Assembly (NCBI GenBank): GCA_004431415.1
Contig: QPMI01000595.1
Span: forward strand, 4,302 to 68,301
Reading direction: 5' to 3'
Length of the DNA stretch: 64,000 nucleotides
DNA from: Cyanophora paradoxa CCMP329
Lineage: Eukaryota > Plantae > Glaucophyta
Shown: piece by piece, positions 34,701 through 43,623 of the stretch
Numbering within the stretch: the stretch's first letter is position 1
How the letters are laid out: every line of letters begins with the position of its first letter
Position numbers and translations under genes: made by a program
The notes under the pieces: model-generated
The model's input: only the letters and a program-made list of their open reading frames with translations
Databases searched by the model: none
What the model was told of the DNA's origin: nothing

Positions 34701-36124
34701 TTGCTTGGTGGAAATTCTTCCGGTATTCCGTCGATATCTTCCCAATCATGCCTATGGTCTTCTGGTGGAAACTTTTCAGGTTTGCCTAAGATCTCATCCC
34801 AATCATGGTTGTGATCCTCTGGGGGAAACTTTGCTGGTTTATTATTAATTTGTTCATAATCTGGAAAGAATTCCCAAATCTCTGGGCGAAATCCATCAGG
34901 TAATAATTCTTCATGGGGTTCATATGGTTGCTCATAATCAACAGCTGGTGGATCATGACCATCTGGTAAATACTCCTCATCAGGTTCATAGTTCTGCTCA
35001 TACTCAAACTCTTGTGGATCTAAGCCATCTGGTAGTATCTCCTCCTCATTGGGGTCAAACTGATCATACTCATATTCCTGTGGGTCAAAACCATCTGGTA
35101 AATACTCTTCCTCATCTGGAACGAATTGATATTCATCAAGCTCTAATATATCGACTTCAGGAGGTAAATACTGCTCATCTATTTGCTTTCTGGGTTCAAT
35201 TATAGGTTTATTGCGAACTTGCTCCCAACTCACAATATGCTGCCCAAAGGCTACATCTTCAGTTGCTGTGTACTCTCTGCCTGGTTGCTTTTTCGGTGTT
35301 AAATCCGGTGGATCCCATGGAAGAGGGAAGGGAACTGGGACAGGTCCATAATACTCAAAGATCTCTCTTATGGTCTTCTCACTTACAAGCTTCTCACCAT
35401 TTGCATACACATTGCTGCCATGGATATTTCGCCATTGCCTGGTTCGAATTCCAAGGTCTTTCACATTGCTATACAAAGGCAAAAGGTGCCTATCCATTTC
35501 GACTAAATCAGGATGTAAATGGATTGCTACTGGCTGACTGGGGCTACTGTTGATTGTAATTGATGGCTTTTTTTGATGGACATCTTTTGGAGTAAAGAAC
35601 CCAAAAGGCTCATTCCTCGCAAAATCATATGTAATATCCTTGGGGTAGACATCATTTGTGTAGGAAACCTGATTTGTATTGGCAATGGGACCCACTTGCA
35701 ATACTTGGGGGACCTCAGCTTTTGCAGTGCTGCCCTCATTGTAAATTCGCAAAGCTGTGTTCTGTTTGCCCTGCTCATCTTGAACATTGAAAATCAATCG
35801 ACCACTATCGAACCTGGAAGGTATATCTGGGTGAGTGCCACTGGTTTTTAGTTTCCTAGGTCTCCTTCTTGTTGCTTTGATCTCTGCCACTTGGTTTGCT
35901 TTCACATTACCCAAGCTAAAAGCAACACTAACTTCCTCCTTATCTGGATCGGTTTGATTCACAGATAAAGCATGCTCCCTTGATTGAGTCTTGGATGAAT
36001 TATCGGAACTGTGGTCAATCGAAACTGAACCCTTTACTTTAATATTATCAAAGTTCACATGCTTGGTGCTGCTTGCATTATCATCTTGAATGGTTTCTAG
36101 ATTTGGTGGGTAATTGAAGCTCAT
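28769..36124 (-). CDS. Giant 2451-aa modular fibre/spike protein with phage-tail repeats and two LamG/ConA-like lectin modules
   Basis: Intact ORF; HTHTKDQITDFA tandem repeats; YLPL(V/T)GGT motifs; two copies of YFIGD(V/I)AEYI(V/I)FNRAL.FEEK..V..YIQD.YG; three copies of a module ending NQRMAAKN.HNE; acidic EEYLPDG.DP repeats. Confidence 0.82.
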   Translation of the reverse strand: MSFNYPPNLETIQDDNASSTKHVNFDNIKVKGSVSIDHSSDNSSKTQSREHALSVNQTDPDKEEVSVAFSLGNVKANQVAEIKATRRRPRKLKTSGTHPDIPSRFDSGRLIFNVQDEQGKQNTALRIYNEGSTAKAEVPQVLQVGPIANTNQVSYTNDVYPKDITYDFARNEPFGFFTPKDVHQKKPSITINSSPSQPVAIHLHPDLVEMDRHLLPLYSNVKDLGIRTRQWRNIHGSNVYANGEKLVSEKTIREIFEYYGPVPVPFPLPWDPPDLTPKKQPGREYTATEDVAFGQHIVSWEQVRNKPIIEPRKQIDEQYLPPEVDILELDEYQFVPDEEEYLPDGFDPQEYEYDQFDPNEEEILPDGLDPQEFEYEQNYEPDEEYLPDGHDPPAVDYEQPYEPHEELLPDGFRPEIWEFFPDYEQINNKPAKFPPEDHNHDWDEILGKPEKFPPEDHRHDWEDIDGIPEEFPPSKHEHIWDEINDQPEFAKVEPLATLGVSLYQTCNVPERIFLNEHYVHVNGTLANSAMRGPLHIRTLPGSYNPPPEPGATIPNIFVSSYMEADIPTDTFRVPTDPATYQNYNSAIQVHVADVSSLDGSRPMIVFSRDKYSYIPIVGTANDNYGRAELAWIKTDYGGVLEANQRMAAKNIHNESISRVVTEDYLTAVVLVNIVTLAMLANYVTKNELAAELSKYLPLVGGTITGNLTVNSNIYTSNLYTSNIYTSNNVTIAGSLKVSSNFELGTYGTLLNVTYDTPYYPINSNTDPATTIPKCLLTIRPDGLPVNTNPYNQFIANRATSAVPFLSGITFPFWGSSGTVVANPSFNNQKVVRKSGGYTFQPYINYSVTVDWSEGMTLFYVGNHYSATNWQTIHLDFGSPDGTHKIAFGYGSSLSFGLYSFTSNGVSYPVPRVNTNYGSYSANYWDTTITSDAITFGIRGQDVGTFTGTNYLPPSTFNRMGVDYFIGDVAEYIVFNRALSFEEKQKVRFYIQDRYGFPKTQSLYYPDNLRISAEFVHIRNLIVSSNAVIPNYTTSNVVQGWIQNHTHTKAQIIDFAHNHLWEHITDKPLTFPPTTHTHDYSQITNSNHTHTKSEIIDFAHTHLWEHITNRPLTFPPTTHTHDYSEITNSNHRHPWNEIDEKPRFASTGDLVNGDGFYGVSFYQSDTIPERLQLSEYYLHRKGIEAGTTMDGELYIKQPSRSQMVSAGGVGVIDTKPGLFLTSYYNDDIPLTAGLPPLPLDPVSYDDKDAILQVNVTDVSATDGSRPKIIFSRSKINYAPLAGQPKDDFGKCEMAWIKTLAGGALEVNQRMAAKNLHNETLSGVVTDDYLESKNYVDDTHTHTKDQITDFAHTHTKDQITDFAHTHTKDQITDFAHTHTKDQITDFAHTHTKDQITDFAHTHTKDQITDFAHTHTKDQITDFAHTHTKDQITDFAHTHTKDQITDFAHSHLWADITDKPATFPSSPHTHDYLPLTGGTISSNLTISSNLNVKGKIQVGDKNTNIDVFYDTPYYPVTSNTDPSKTTPKCLLTMRMDGLPVNTNPQSQFIPNRATSAVPFISGITFPFFGSSGAVVANPSFNNQKVVRKSGGYTASAFINYNVSVDWSEGMTLFYVGSHYSAPNWQTVHLDFGSPDGTHKIEFGYGSSLSFGLYSFTSNGVGYTAPRVNTNYASHSANYWDTTITSNSITFGIRGQDVGTFTGTNYLPPSTFSRMGVNYFIGDIAEYIIFNRALTFEEKQRVRYYIQDYYGFPKTQSLYYPENLRISSDFVHIRNLIVSSNATIPNYTTSNVVQGWIQNHTHAWSNITDRPSIFPPATHEHTWDEINNQPEFSKVEPVNMGVSLYKSCNIAERTILNEHYVHLKGADAGSAMTGPLFVRSLPQFRVQDIANVNPGDTFPNIYVTSYYKNDIPKDGFGVPSNPAGYQDFSAAVHVNVTDVSSLDGSRPKIVFTRDKLNYIPLVGQPTDNYSKAEIAWIKTLSGGAIEANQRMAAKNLHNETLSGVVTDDYLQSKNYIDETELGVALQTHSHAWNNITDKPLTFPPATHTHAWSNITDRPNLATVATTGNYDDLINKPTYTSPINFDATNGLSTDRTGDWRFFTFISPYSGANTWASGDEDCSGYKMLWTVPAGMKTCYIFYVCQYNSRYFDVVGVYPSTNSYTLSRVNAYSPGSDPSVEYRQYVGVNCEGLSKVGVQGRIGRIYLVGLVGWSKNPTVSSHSGFLHWDNIYGKPTASTTVGPHSHTKSDITDFAHTHTKANITDFAHTHTKSEITDLPSLDPFTANTITANNTMYVGSGQIVAPASPTNEETWFFHNSANFYDKTLLCRGNAYARAFYAMNAGTTNTISQVPSWHDMERRFKSGKYQATSGVISAGQRTQHAQVLNWDPAFYTKTPVVTATLEGTPATNPGDVDFRIGISNSTSTYTTIYVTFIASPTLSESRSITCTIHWTAYGIP
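31787..32115 (-). repeat. 36-bp coding tandem repeat (HTHTKDQITDFA, about 9 copies)
   Basis: Directly visible in DNA and translation. Confidence 0.95.
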
Positions 36125-36167
36125 GGCTTTTACTATATGGATTTATAAAATTCCTGATAAGTAAAAG

Positions 36168-37724
36168 ATGCCCTTGAAAATCTGCCTGTCTTTATCAGGG
36201 GGAGGTGCAAGGGGCATTATCATAACCAGGCTGCTCAAAGAAATCGAAAATCGAACTGGCAGGAGAATAATCGATCTTGTGGATCTTGTAAGTGGAACTT
36301 CCACTGGTGGGATCATTGCAATAGGTTTGAATATAAGGCATCCTGATAAACCAGGTGAACCTAAACTGACAGCAAACGATTTACACAATATTTACCTAAC
36401 TCAACTGCCCTTGATTTTCGCAAATCCTCGAAATATCATCGAAAATGCCCTATTTAACACAAAGTATGATGTGGGACCCTTGGAAACTGCAATCAATTCA
36501 GTTACTGGTGAATCACTAATACAGGATTCCTTAAAGGACATTGTGATTACATCCTTTGATACTCAGAATATGAAACCAATATTTATCACAAATGACAACA
36601 ATTACAACTTTATGCCTTGTAAGATTGCTGCTAGGGCTACTTCTGCTGCTCCTACATATTTCTCTCCTGTAAGCATTGTTGATTTCAATCAGGGGGTATT
36701 TGTCTGTCTCATTGATGGTGCCATTTCGGGAAACAATAATCCCAGTGTGTGTGGTTACAGCCATGCAAAGAAGATTTACAGTGATGATGATGATATTATA
36801 GTAATAAGCATCTCTTGTGGTGAGGTGGACCCACATTTAGAGTCTGATTATGTGGGTTATGCTTATGAGACTGTAAACAGCTGGGGAATTCTCTCATGGA
36901 TTGCCTCAACAGATGGAAGCCCATTGATTAACATGCTCATGGCTGCAAGTGAGCTTTCTGCCCTTGATAAGATGGAGGAGTTGTTACCCTACAACTATGA
37001 TCAGGATTATGGGAGATACTATAGGCTATCAGTCCCACTTCCAAATCACATAGTAAGCTCCCTTGATGACACTTCTAAAATCCCAGATATGCTAGCATTC
37101 ACTGAAACATACATTGCAGCAAACAATGATATGATTAATAAGCTTTGCAGCCTACTAGTAGCAAACTATGAACTAAAGAACCCTACAAAGGCTTACATCT
37201 CATCCACTCTCACTACATCACCTCCTTTGGATGCTAATTGGTATCAGCTTGCAGATGATGCCTTTACTGCCTCATCCTCTGTGACAGGTAAAGAGCCTTT
37301 CATGGCTAGACCTTCAGCATTTGGCTGGGAAGCTGGAGCCTATGCTCCTGAACAGATATGGGAAACCCCCACTGAATACCTTCAAGTTGCTTTCCCGTAT
37401 ACTTTTGAACTCTCTTCTGTGATTGCCTATGGATCAGGGGACACCAATGCTTTTATTAAGACTTTCAATGTGGCAACATCCACTGATGGGATCAACTGGT
37501 CTTTTATTCGATCAGATGGGCAAAACAAAATATATGTCTGTGAGAACATTAACAATGCTCACAACTCTGGTGATGTGGCTCTATTGAGTGGATTTCCTCT
37601 CAGCATCAAGGATGCTTTTTACATAGGTTTCTCTCTCAGAATTAAATATATTCGCATTTATCCCCTTGTGTATGTGAATGCTCCCACAATGAGAGTTGAT
37701 TTCACAGGTGCCTTTATTCGATAA
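36168..37724 (+). CDS. Patatin-like phospholipase A fused to F5/8 type C (discoidin) domain
   Basis: LSLSGGGARG, GTSTGG nucleophile elbow, ATSAAPTYF, LIDGA; C-terminal EYLQV.F...KYIRIYP...MRVDFTG. Confidence 0.92.
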   Translation: MPLKICLSLSGGGARGIIITRLLKEIENRTGRRIIDLVDLVSGTSTGGIIAIGLNIRHPDKPGEPKLTANDLHNIYLTQLPLIFANPRNIIENALFNTKYDVGPLETAINSVTGESLIQDSLKDIVITSFDTQNMKPIFITNDNNYNFMPCKIAARATSAAPTYFSPVSIVDFNQGVFVCLIDGAISGNNNPSVCGYSHAKKIYSDDDDIIVISISCGEVDPHLESDYVGYAYETVNSWGILSWIASTDGSPLINMLMAASELSALDKMEELLPYNYDQDYGRYYRLSVPLPNHIVSSLDDTSKIPDMLAFTETYIAANNDMINKLCSLLVANYELKNPTKAYISSTLTTSPPLDANWYQLADDAFTASSSVTGKEPFMARPSAFGWEAGAYAPEQIWETPTEYLQVAFPYTFELSSVIAYGSGDTNAFIKTFNVATSTDGINWSFIRSDGQNKIYVCENINNAHNSGDVALLSGFPLSIKDAFYIGFSLRIKYIRIYPLVYVNAPTMRVDFTGAFIR

Positions 37725-38646
37725 ACTCCAACTGAAAAGAATTATCGATTCCATTCATATCAATCAGTTCACCAAAGTAATCTTTAAACTCAACTGTGAG
37801 TTCCCTTATCACCAGGTTTCTGTCATTGATTTGAATAAATTCTGCATGTTCACCACTATGGTAAACATAGCCACCTATATCTTTACTCAATTGTAATCTA
37901 AGGATAGCTCCCTGGTTTTGTGGTTGCGATTTCGGAATTATATTGTGTCTGCTGGCAAAGGGGGCTAGCTCTTTAATATGCATGTATAGATACTGCTCAG
38001 CATTCATATCAGACATCTTTCTGCTGTCAAAATAATATTGCAAGGGCTTAGATGAGAGTCTGGGTCCTGAAAAGGTGGTTCCCCATGCTGGGTGATCAGG
38101 TGTAATAGGTTTGCCATCATACTTTAACAGGTTCTCAGGTCGATAGGGTGATCCACCAACAGGAGGAGTGCTATAATACCCATTGGTGTATTCAGTAGAA
38201 CTTACACCCAAAAGCTTCCCTATTCTCTGGTTGCTTGCAATAAAACGAAACTCATGGTTACTGTAAAACTCCACTTTATAGGTAGTTGGGTTATAGAATA
38301 TCTTGAACTCAAAAGCTACTGTTTTGCCTGCAATGGTTTGGAAGCTTGAATAGTTCAGCCCATAATTATAAGGGTGTGTTACCCCAAAATGACCCTGATT
38401 GATGTAGCCACTGGGAAGGGGATACACTTGTTGTGTGATCACTTGGTTATATGAACCATCTTGGTAGTTAAAATCAACTGTTAAATGATCAGTTCCCACA
38501 CTGTTATAGATACTGTTTGGAATCTCTGCATATAGAACCCTGCATTCTCTTGGTCTCTCTACTGGAGTTGTGAGGGTGACCCTGTAAGAGTTTTCATTTT
38601 GTCCTTGGCTTCTATCCCTGCTATCAATATTAACGAGCCGGTTCAT
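37714..38646 (-). CDS. Minor capsid (penton)-like protein 1
   Basis: VNIDSRDR...Y.V.L..P......V.YAEIPNS start and LTVEFKDYFGELIDMNGIDNSFQLEF end. Confidence 0.72.
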   Translation of the reverse strand: MNRLVNIDSRDRSQGQNENSYRVTLTTPVERPRECRVLYAEIPNSIYNSVGTDHLTVDFNYQDGSYNQVITQQVYPLPSGYINQGHFGVTHPYNYGLNYSSFQTIAGKTVAFEFKIFYNPTTYKVEFYSNHEFRFIASNQRIGKLLGVSSTEYTNGYYSTPPVGGSPYRPENLLKYDGKPITPDHPAWGTTFSGPRLSSKPLQYYFDSRKMSDMNAEQYLYMHIKELAPFASRHNIIPKSQPQNQGAILRLQLSKDIGGYVYHSGEHAEFIQINDRNLVIRELTVEFKDYFGELIDMNGIDNSFQLEFIE

Positions 38647-38675
38647 TTTAATATATAAATATAGATAAAAGAAGA

Positions 38676-39686
38676 ATGCCTGTGGATTACATCGAGGTTA
38701 GCTCATTTAATACAATCTCTGGTGATGGTCCCACATCAAGCTTTGTGGCTAGACTCCCCAGTACTTATGAGAATGTGAGGGCTGTGAGACTGGTCTCAGC
38801 CGAATTTTATAACAGCATCCCTATGGTGAGTGGGGAAACCAAAGTAGGAGATGTAACAATCGACAATTCATTTAGTATTTACTATTCTGAAGAACTTGCA
38901 GGAGCTGGAATTGATGGTATCCCCACAGTTCGCCCAGCTGAGGACTTTGAACAGTGGAAACAAATCATTATAAGTCGCAAAGCCCCCATCCAAAGCCACC
39001 AACAACTGGTGAATGTTATTAATGAAAAGTTCGATTTAAAAAATCCTAAACCATCTCTTCGCTGCAAATGGGATGAGTCACTGAAACGAATAGTATTCCA
39101 TTCCGAAAAAAAGTTTTACCTGGCTTTCTCACTTGCTGTAAATCCAAACCTGCAAACAATTCAAAAGCTATTGAGTTCAGGTAGACTGCTTGGTCTTGAT
39201 CCTGGAAGATATGGCAATTCCTCAATCCAATCACAAGTTTATGATGCTCTCACTGATGGTATCTTTACTGGAACTCGAGTGAACGGTATTCTATCTTCAT
39301 TTGAGCCTGAAAAGACCAGGGACAGTGTTTTGTTTGTGAGAGTAAAAGAGCTGGGTGATCTGGTGCAATGTGGGGATGGTCTTCTGACTGGTTACTTCCA
39401 TAAAATAGTGGTCCCTGACAAAGATTATGGTGAGCATGTAGTTTACAATTCGACAGAGGCTCATCCACTTTATAAATACTATAATAAGAAGGTTGGATTA
39501 TCCACTTTCTCGGTTGATATTGTAAATGCTATTAATGAACCAATTGATTTTGAGGGTCAACCTGTTCATCTGACCTTTGAAATTCGCTATGGTGATGAGC
39601 CAGCAGGCGACCCTGTTTATGAATACTTTAAGATGCGAATGTCACAGCTTCACCCTTCCTATCCAGTTATTACAAGCTTCGCATAA
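38676..39686 (+). CDS. Minor capsid (penton)-like protein 2
   Basis: SSFVARLPSTYENVRAVRLVSAEFYNS start and FSVDIVN....PIDFEG.PVHLTFEI end; directly upstream of the MCP. Confidence 0.68.
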   Translation: MPVDYIEVSSFNTISGDGPTSSFVARLPSTYENVRAVRLVSAEFYNSIPMVSGETKVGDVTIDNSFSIYYSEELAGAGIDGIPTVRPAEDFEQWKQIIISRKAPIQSHQQLVNVINEKFDLKNPKPSLRCKWDESLKRIVFHSEKKFYLAFSLAVNPNLQTIQKLLSSGRLLGLDPGRYGNSSIQSQVYDALTDGIFTGTRVNGILSSFEPEKTRDSVLFVRVKELGDLVQCGDGLLTGYFHKIVVPDKDYGEHVVYNSTEAHPLYKYYNKKVGLSTFSVDIVNAINEPIDFEGQPVHLTFEIRYGDEPAGDPVYEYFKMRMSQLHPSYPVITSFA

Positions 39687-39739
39687 ATTAAGGATCATTG
39701 GTAGATTTTTTATGTTGCAGTATAATAAAAGAGAATATA

Positions 39740-41105
39740 ATGGATATCACTTCCACTCTTCAAAGACTTTCGCTGAAAGAAGCCCTAACAACCCCAGAGG
39801 AGGCGAAAGCCTTTTTCTTGGATAACTCCCTTATGCTTGGTCTCGAATCCAAGTCTAAGCCAGTTCTAGTTGTTGTGAATCCCAGCAATACTTTTGAGAA
39901 TAATGTTGGAAATCGCATTTCCTTCAAGCTACCTCGCTACAATTTCTGTGGAAAACTCGAACTTGCTTTCGACCTTCCAGCCATCACTTTTGCTGGTGAT
40001 ACGGACCTTGTTCGCAATGGATACACTCGCCCTGTTGGTGCTTTAGTTCAGCGACTTGAAATTACCTATGGATCTTACACCTACCACATTCCTTCTGATT
40101 TCCTTGCTCATTTCCCCTGGTCTATTATTCGGAGGATCAACTAGCTAAAAAGAAACGCTCAATGGGCATGGTTCATGGTATCCCTGCTCATGGAACCAAC
40201 CGACTTGGTGGCTCATTTTTCGTTGAAATCCCTGTGCCTTGGCTAAATCACTATCTTCCCTTGGTGCTTTATCTGGTGAAATGGTTGTTACTGTTTGGTT
40301 TAAGGATGCTGATAAGGGTTATGTTGAAACTTCCTATGGTGGTCGTGAACTCACAACTGCTGTTGGAACTGTTGATGCAACTGCTGATGATGGTCTTGGA
40401 AACTTTACAGATGGAACCCTTGCCCATGTTGGTCAAAATATCACAACTTTCAGTCTTGGTGCAACAACCCCTGTCATTTCTATTACTTCTCCTCGCCTTT
40501 ACATGCATGCTATTAATGTTTCTGATGAGCTTTTCGCTACTGTAATTGAAAAAGTAAAGACTACTGGCATGGCTATTCCTGCTCTAGACATTGGATTTGT
40601 AGATGCTAGTGCTTTCCCTGCCAAGGGCAATGCCCAACCCAATCGAATTAACCTCTCTCAAATATCAGGTCTTGTATATGCTCTGCTTGTTTCAGTTCGT
40701 GATAATGCAACTGTTGATAAATCCAATGGCTCCCACAGTGTTCTTAAGACCTATGCCAACTCCAAAGACATAACATTCACAACTGAAATAAATGGACAGC
40801 GACTTTTTGCCACTGAGCCAATTTCCCTACTCAAAGGTGCTGAGCTAATTGCTGATGCCTTCAAATGCTCTAACATGGACAAGGTTGCTGATCGCTATGT
40901 CCTTTCAGGACTCCCATTCTGCCTTGATGGAGAAAAGGCAATTCGAAATATTGCCCAGTCTGGTTATGTTGATTTAACAAATTCCTCTTCTTCCTTCCTC
41001 ACCCTCTACATGCCTTCAGATAAGGTAATCGATGTTAATGTTCGCGCTCTCATGCATTCGTTCATAATTGTAGACAAAGATGGATTACGTCGTATAAATT
41101 TGTAG
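39740..41105 (+). CDS. Major capsid protein (double jelly-roll), about 455 aa, two 1-nt frameshifts (near 40115 and 40260)
   Basis: GNRISFKLPRY..CGKLEL.FDLP N-terminal motif; beta-rich; size and position between penton-like and ATPase genes. Three consecutive ORFs join by single-base indels. Confidence 0.72.
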
Positions 41106-41170
41106 ATTGTGACGATATTCAGTCTCCCTGCATTATTTTTATATGTCTTTATTAAGAAAGATATACAACA

Positions 41171-41953
41171 ATGACTGATTTGGATGAATTTGTGGCTGGT
41201 GAAATGATAGAGCCACCATTTCGTGTACTGGCAATAGGAAAATCAGCAACTGGTAAATCAGAAGCTGTGAAGTATTGGTTGAAGCAGTTGCATGATGCCA
41301 AAAAGATTGATGTTGTATTAGTTGTGAGTGGAACCAGCTTCAATCATTTCTGGGATAAAGTTGCAACATTGCAACTGGGAAAATGGGATGCCCCTTACAT
41401 TGCTAAATTGCTAGATGAAAGGCAAGAGAAAATAGAAAAAGGTCAACCTGTTAACCAGTTATGTGTAGTTTTAGATGATCTTATAGATAATGAGATTGTA
41501 GACCTAACTCGTGATAAAATTATTGGCTCTCTGTATTCCAGAGGTCGCCATTCGAAAATATCCATTATCTGCATTACACAGAAACTCAGAAAAGTCTCTT
41601 CCACTATTCGAGTTAATTCTGATTATGCTGTTTTCCTGAGTGCTGCTAATCGCAAAGAACTTGAAGCCATAGAGGAAGAATACAATATAATGCGAAACAA
41701 GGAGGACTTTTACAAAATGTTTGAAGAATATGTCCACTCCTATCAGTATATCGTTTGGTCCTCTGCTGGCTACTCAGTTAAATACTTTGTAGATAAAGCT
41801 GAGCTTGTCAAAGACTTCCCATTTCCTCGCTTCCACAGAAAGCCAAAAAAGAAAGAAGATGAACTGAAACCACCAGAGAAAGAGGAAGCCCCCAAAGAAG
41901 TGAAAAGCCAAGTCCATAGCAATAAATTGATGCGATATAAACGCGGTTTATAA
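41171..41953 (+). CDS. A32/FtsK-like genome packaging ATPase
   Basis: Walker A GKSATGKS, Walker B CVVLDD, SRGRHSKISIICITQ and IRVNSDY. Confidence 0.93.
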   Translation: MTDLDEFVAGEMIEPPFRVLAIGKSATGKSEAVKYWLKQLHDAKKIDVVLVVSGTSFNHFWDKVATLQLGKWDAPYIAKLLDERQEKIEKGQPVNQLCVVLDDLIDNEIVDLTRDKIIGSLYSRGRHSKISIICITQKLRKVSSTIRVNSDYAVFLSAANRKELEAIEEEYNIMRNKEDFYKMFEEYVHSYQYIVWSSAGYSVKYFVDKAELVKDFPFPRFHRKPKKKEDELKPPEKEEAPKEVKSQVHSNKLMRYKRGL

Positions 41954-41981
41954 AATTATCTCTCATTCTAATAAAGATACA

Positions 41982-42716
41982 ATGCCTCCCAAACGAAAAA
42001 TAGGGATCCCAGCTGGGGCTGTTGGCTATTCAGGTGGTGGAAACAATGGATCTATTAACACTGAACCAATGAAATTCAATGGTATGAACGAAATCAAACC
42101 CTCACAACCCCAAGAAGACCCCCTAAATGCTGCCTATGAGGAATCAGTCGATGACAAAGCCCCACAAAGTTCAACTGCTGACCAACTGAACATTTCCCCT
42201 GAGACAGCAAAGATGAAGTCTGTTGCTGAGGGTGCCAGGCGAATTATTGGGGCTGCTGATGACAAAGGTTTAGGCTTGCAAGATCTTTCACTGGCTCGCA
42301 AAGGTGAGGGTCTTAGTAAGGAATCAGACAAGGTAATTCAGTCTATGGCTGGTGAAGTCACATACAAGACTGCTCCCACTCAAAATATTCATCGAATTCC
42401 CAAGGCTCAATGGGATGAGATGACTGCTAAACTCAAAGATCTGGAAGCCAAATCAAGTGCCTTGGAGCAGTATGTTACTGAGAAGAAAGAGAGAGCCAAG
42501 CTAAAGGAGATGCTTCGAAAGGAAGTTTATAAAATGGGAATCACTGGTGTCCCAGATAAACAGTTTATTGCTAAGAAAGAGAACCAAATCGATGAGCAGG
42601 CAGTAGATGAAATGAAAACAAAAACCCAAAAGGGAACCATTGAACCTGGTGCCACCAAAGCTGAAGTAGAAAAGGGAGTTGCCCCAACAGTATATAAAAG
42701 ACGAGTTTGGCTTTAA
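41982..42716 (+). CDS. Hypothetical charged/coiled-coil viral protein (possible core protein)
   Basis: 244-aa ORF co-oriented after the ATPase; MPPKRK start. Confidence 0.6.
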   Translation: MPPKRKIGIPAGAVGYSGGGNNGSINTEPMKFNGMNEIKPSQPQEDPLNAAYEESVDDKAPQSSTADQLNISPETAKMKSVAEGARRIIGAADDKGLGLQDLSLARKGEGLSKESDKVIQSMAGEVTYKTAPTQNIHRIPKAQWDEMTAKLKDLEAKSSALEQYVTEKKERAKLKEMLRKEVYKMGITGVPDKQFIAKKENQIDEQAVDEMKTKTQKGTIEPGATKAEVEKGVAPTVYKRRVWL

Positions 42717-42737
42717 TTATCTCTGTTTTATTAGAGA

Positions 42738-43020
42738 TATGGACATAATACGAAAGTTCTTCGAGATGTTCAGTCTGCATGTGGTGAGCAATTGCCACAG
42801 TGGATGTTGTGAGACAACAGTGGAGTTTGAGATGTCAGATAATGAGGATAATGCCTCAGAAGCAAGAGAGAGAAGGAGGTCTACAGTTTCTGTGGAGTCA
42901 ATGCCAGCAGACCCCACAGAGTATACATATGAGCAACAGGAGCAACAGGAGTATCCAAGGAGAAGTTCTTTGCCAGGCGAAAACGTTTTCTCAGCAAATA
43001 TTAATGGAGGATACAATTAG
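42738..43020 (+). CDS. Small hypothetical acidic protein
   Basis: ATG (MDIIRKFF) in AGAGATATG context; fills the gap in the gene run. Confidence 0.45.
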
Positions 43021-43249
43021 TTTGATCGAGTTTACCAGTGATGAGCCTTTAACTGAGGGTGCTATAAGACACATTCTAGCAATGCAGAAACGATATAGAG
43101 AGGACCCAGAATATAGAGAGTATAAAAAGCAACAAGCCCTGGCATCCTATTATCGCAGAAAAGCCCAAAAAGAGGAGCAGAGACCCAGAGGAAGACCGAT
43201 TAAATATTATTTGCCAACTGAAAGTAGCAATGGACCCCCAGGTCTATAA
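43004..43249 (+). CDS. Small basic putative DNA-binding protein with AT-hook-like RPRGRP
   Basis: KRYREDPEYREYKK...YYRRK...RPRGRP. Confidence 0.5.
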   Translation: MEDTISLIEFTSDEPLTEGAIRHILAMQKRYREDPEYREYKKQQALASYYRRKAQKEEQRPRGRPIKYYLPTESSNGPPGL

Positions 43250-43623
43250 GATAATTGAGAAAAAGCGGTCTCAGTATGCTACTGAGGCAGCTATAAAAAT
43301 ATATACAAAGGAATTGGCTTTATACTTGCAATCAAGTCACAGATAACTTTTGTAAATATGCTTTTGTTGTTTTTTGTTTGCATTCTCAGACACTGAAACA
43401 GTTATGTGAATGTTTACTGATCTATTTCTCTTTGATTTTGCTGCATACACATTGTAACCTATCAATCTCTGTGACATTTCGATATATGCCCTATATCTCC
43501 ATGTTTAATGCATTTATCTAACTCAATCATGGTCATTTCTTCAAGAGCCTTTGCCATTTTGTCTTCACTATACACAATCAAGTAAGCTTTAAGTATTCTT
43601 GTCAAATTTTGGTCTTTTTCGAT

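Noticed and set aside
28769-36124. Diversity-generating retroelement acting on the duplicated fibre modules
   Set aside because: No reverse transcriptase in the complete element; both repeats are in-frame coding modules and differences do not look adenine-specific.
41982-43249. Candidate adenain-like maturation protease
   Set aside because: No His/Cys protease motif recognisable in these or other unassigned ORFs; absence needs HHpred confirmation.
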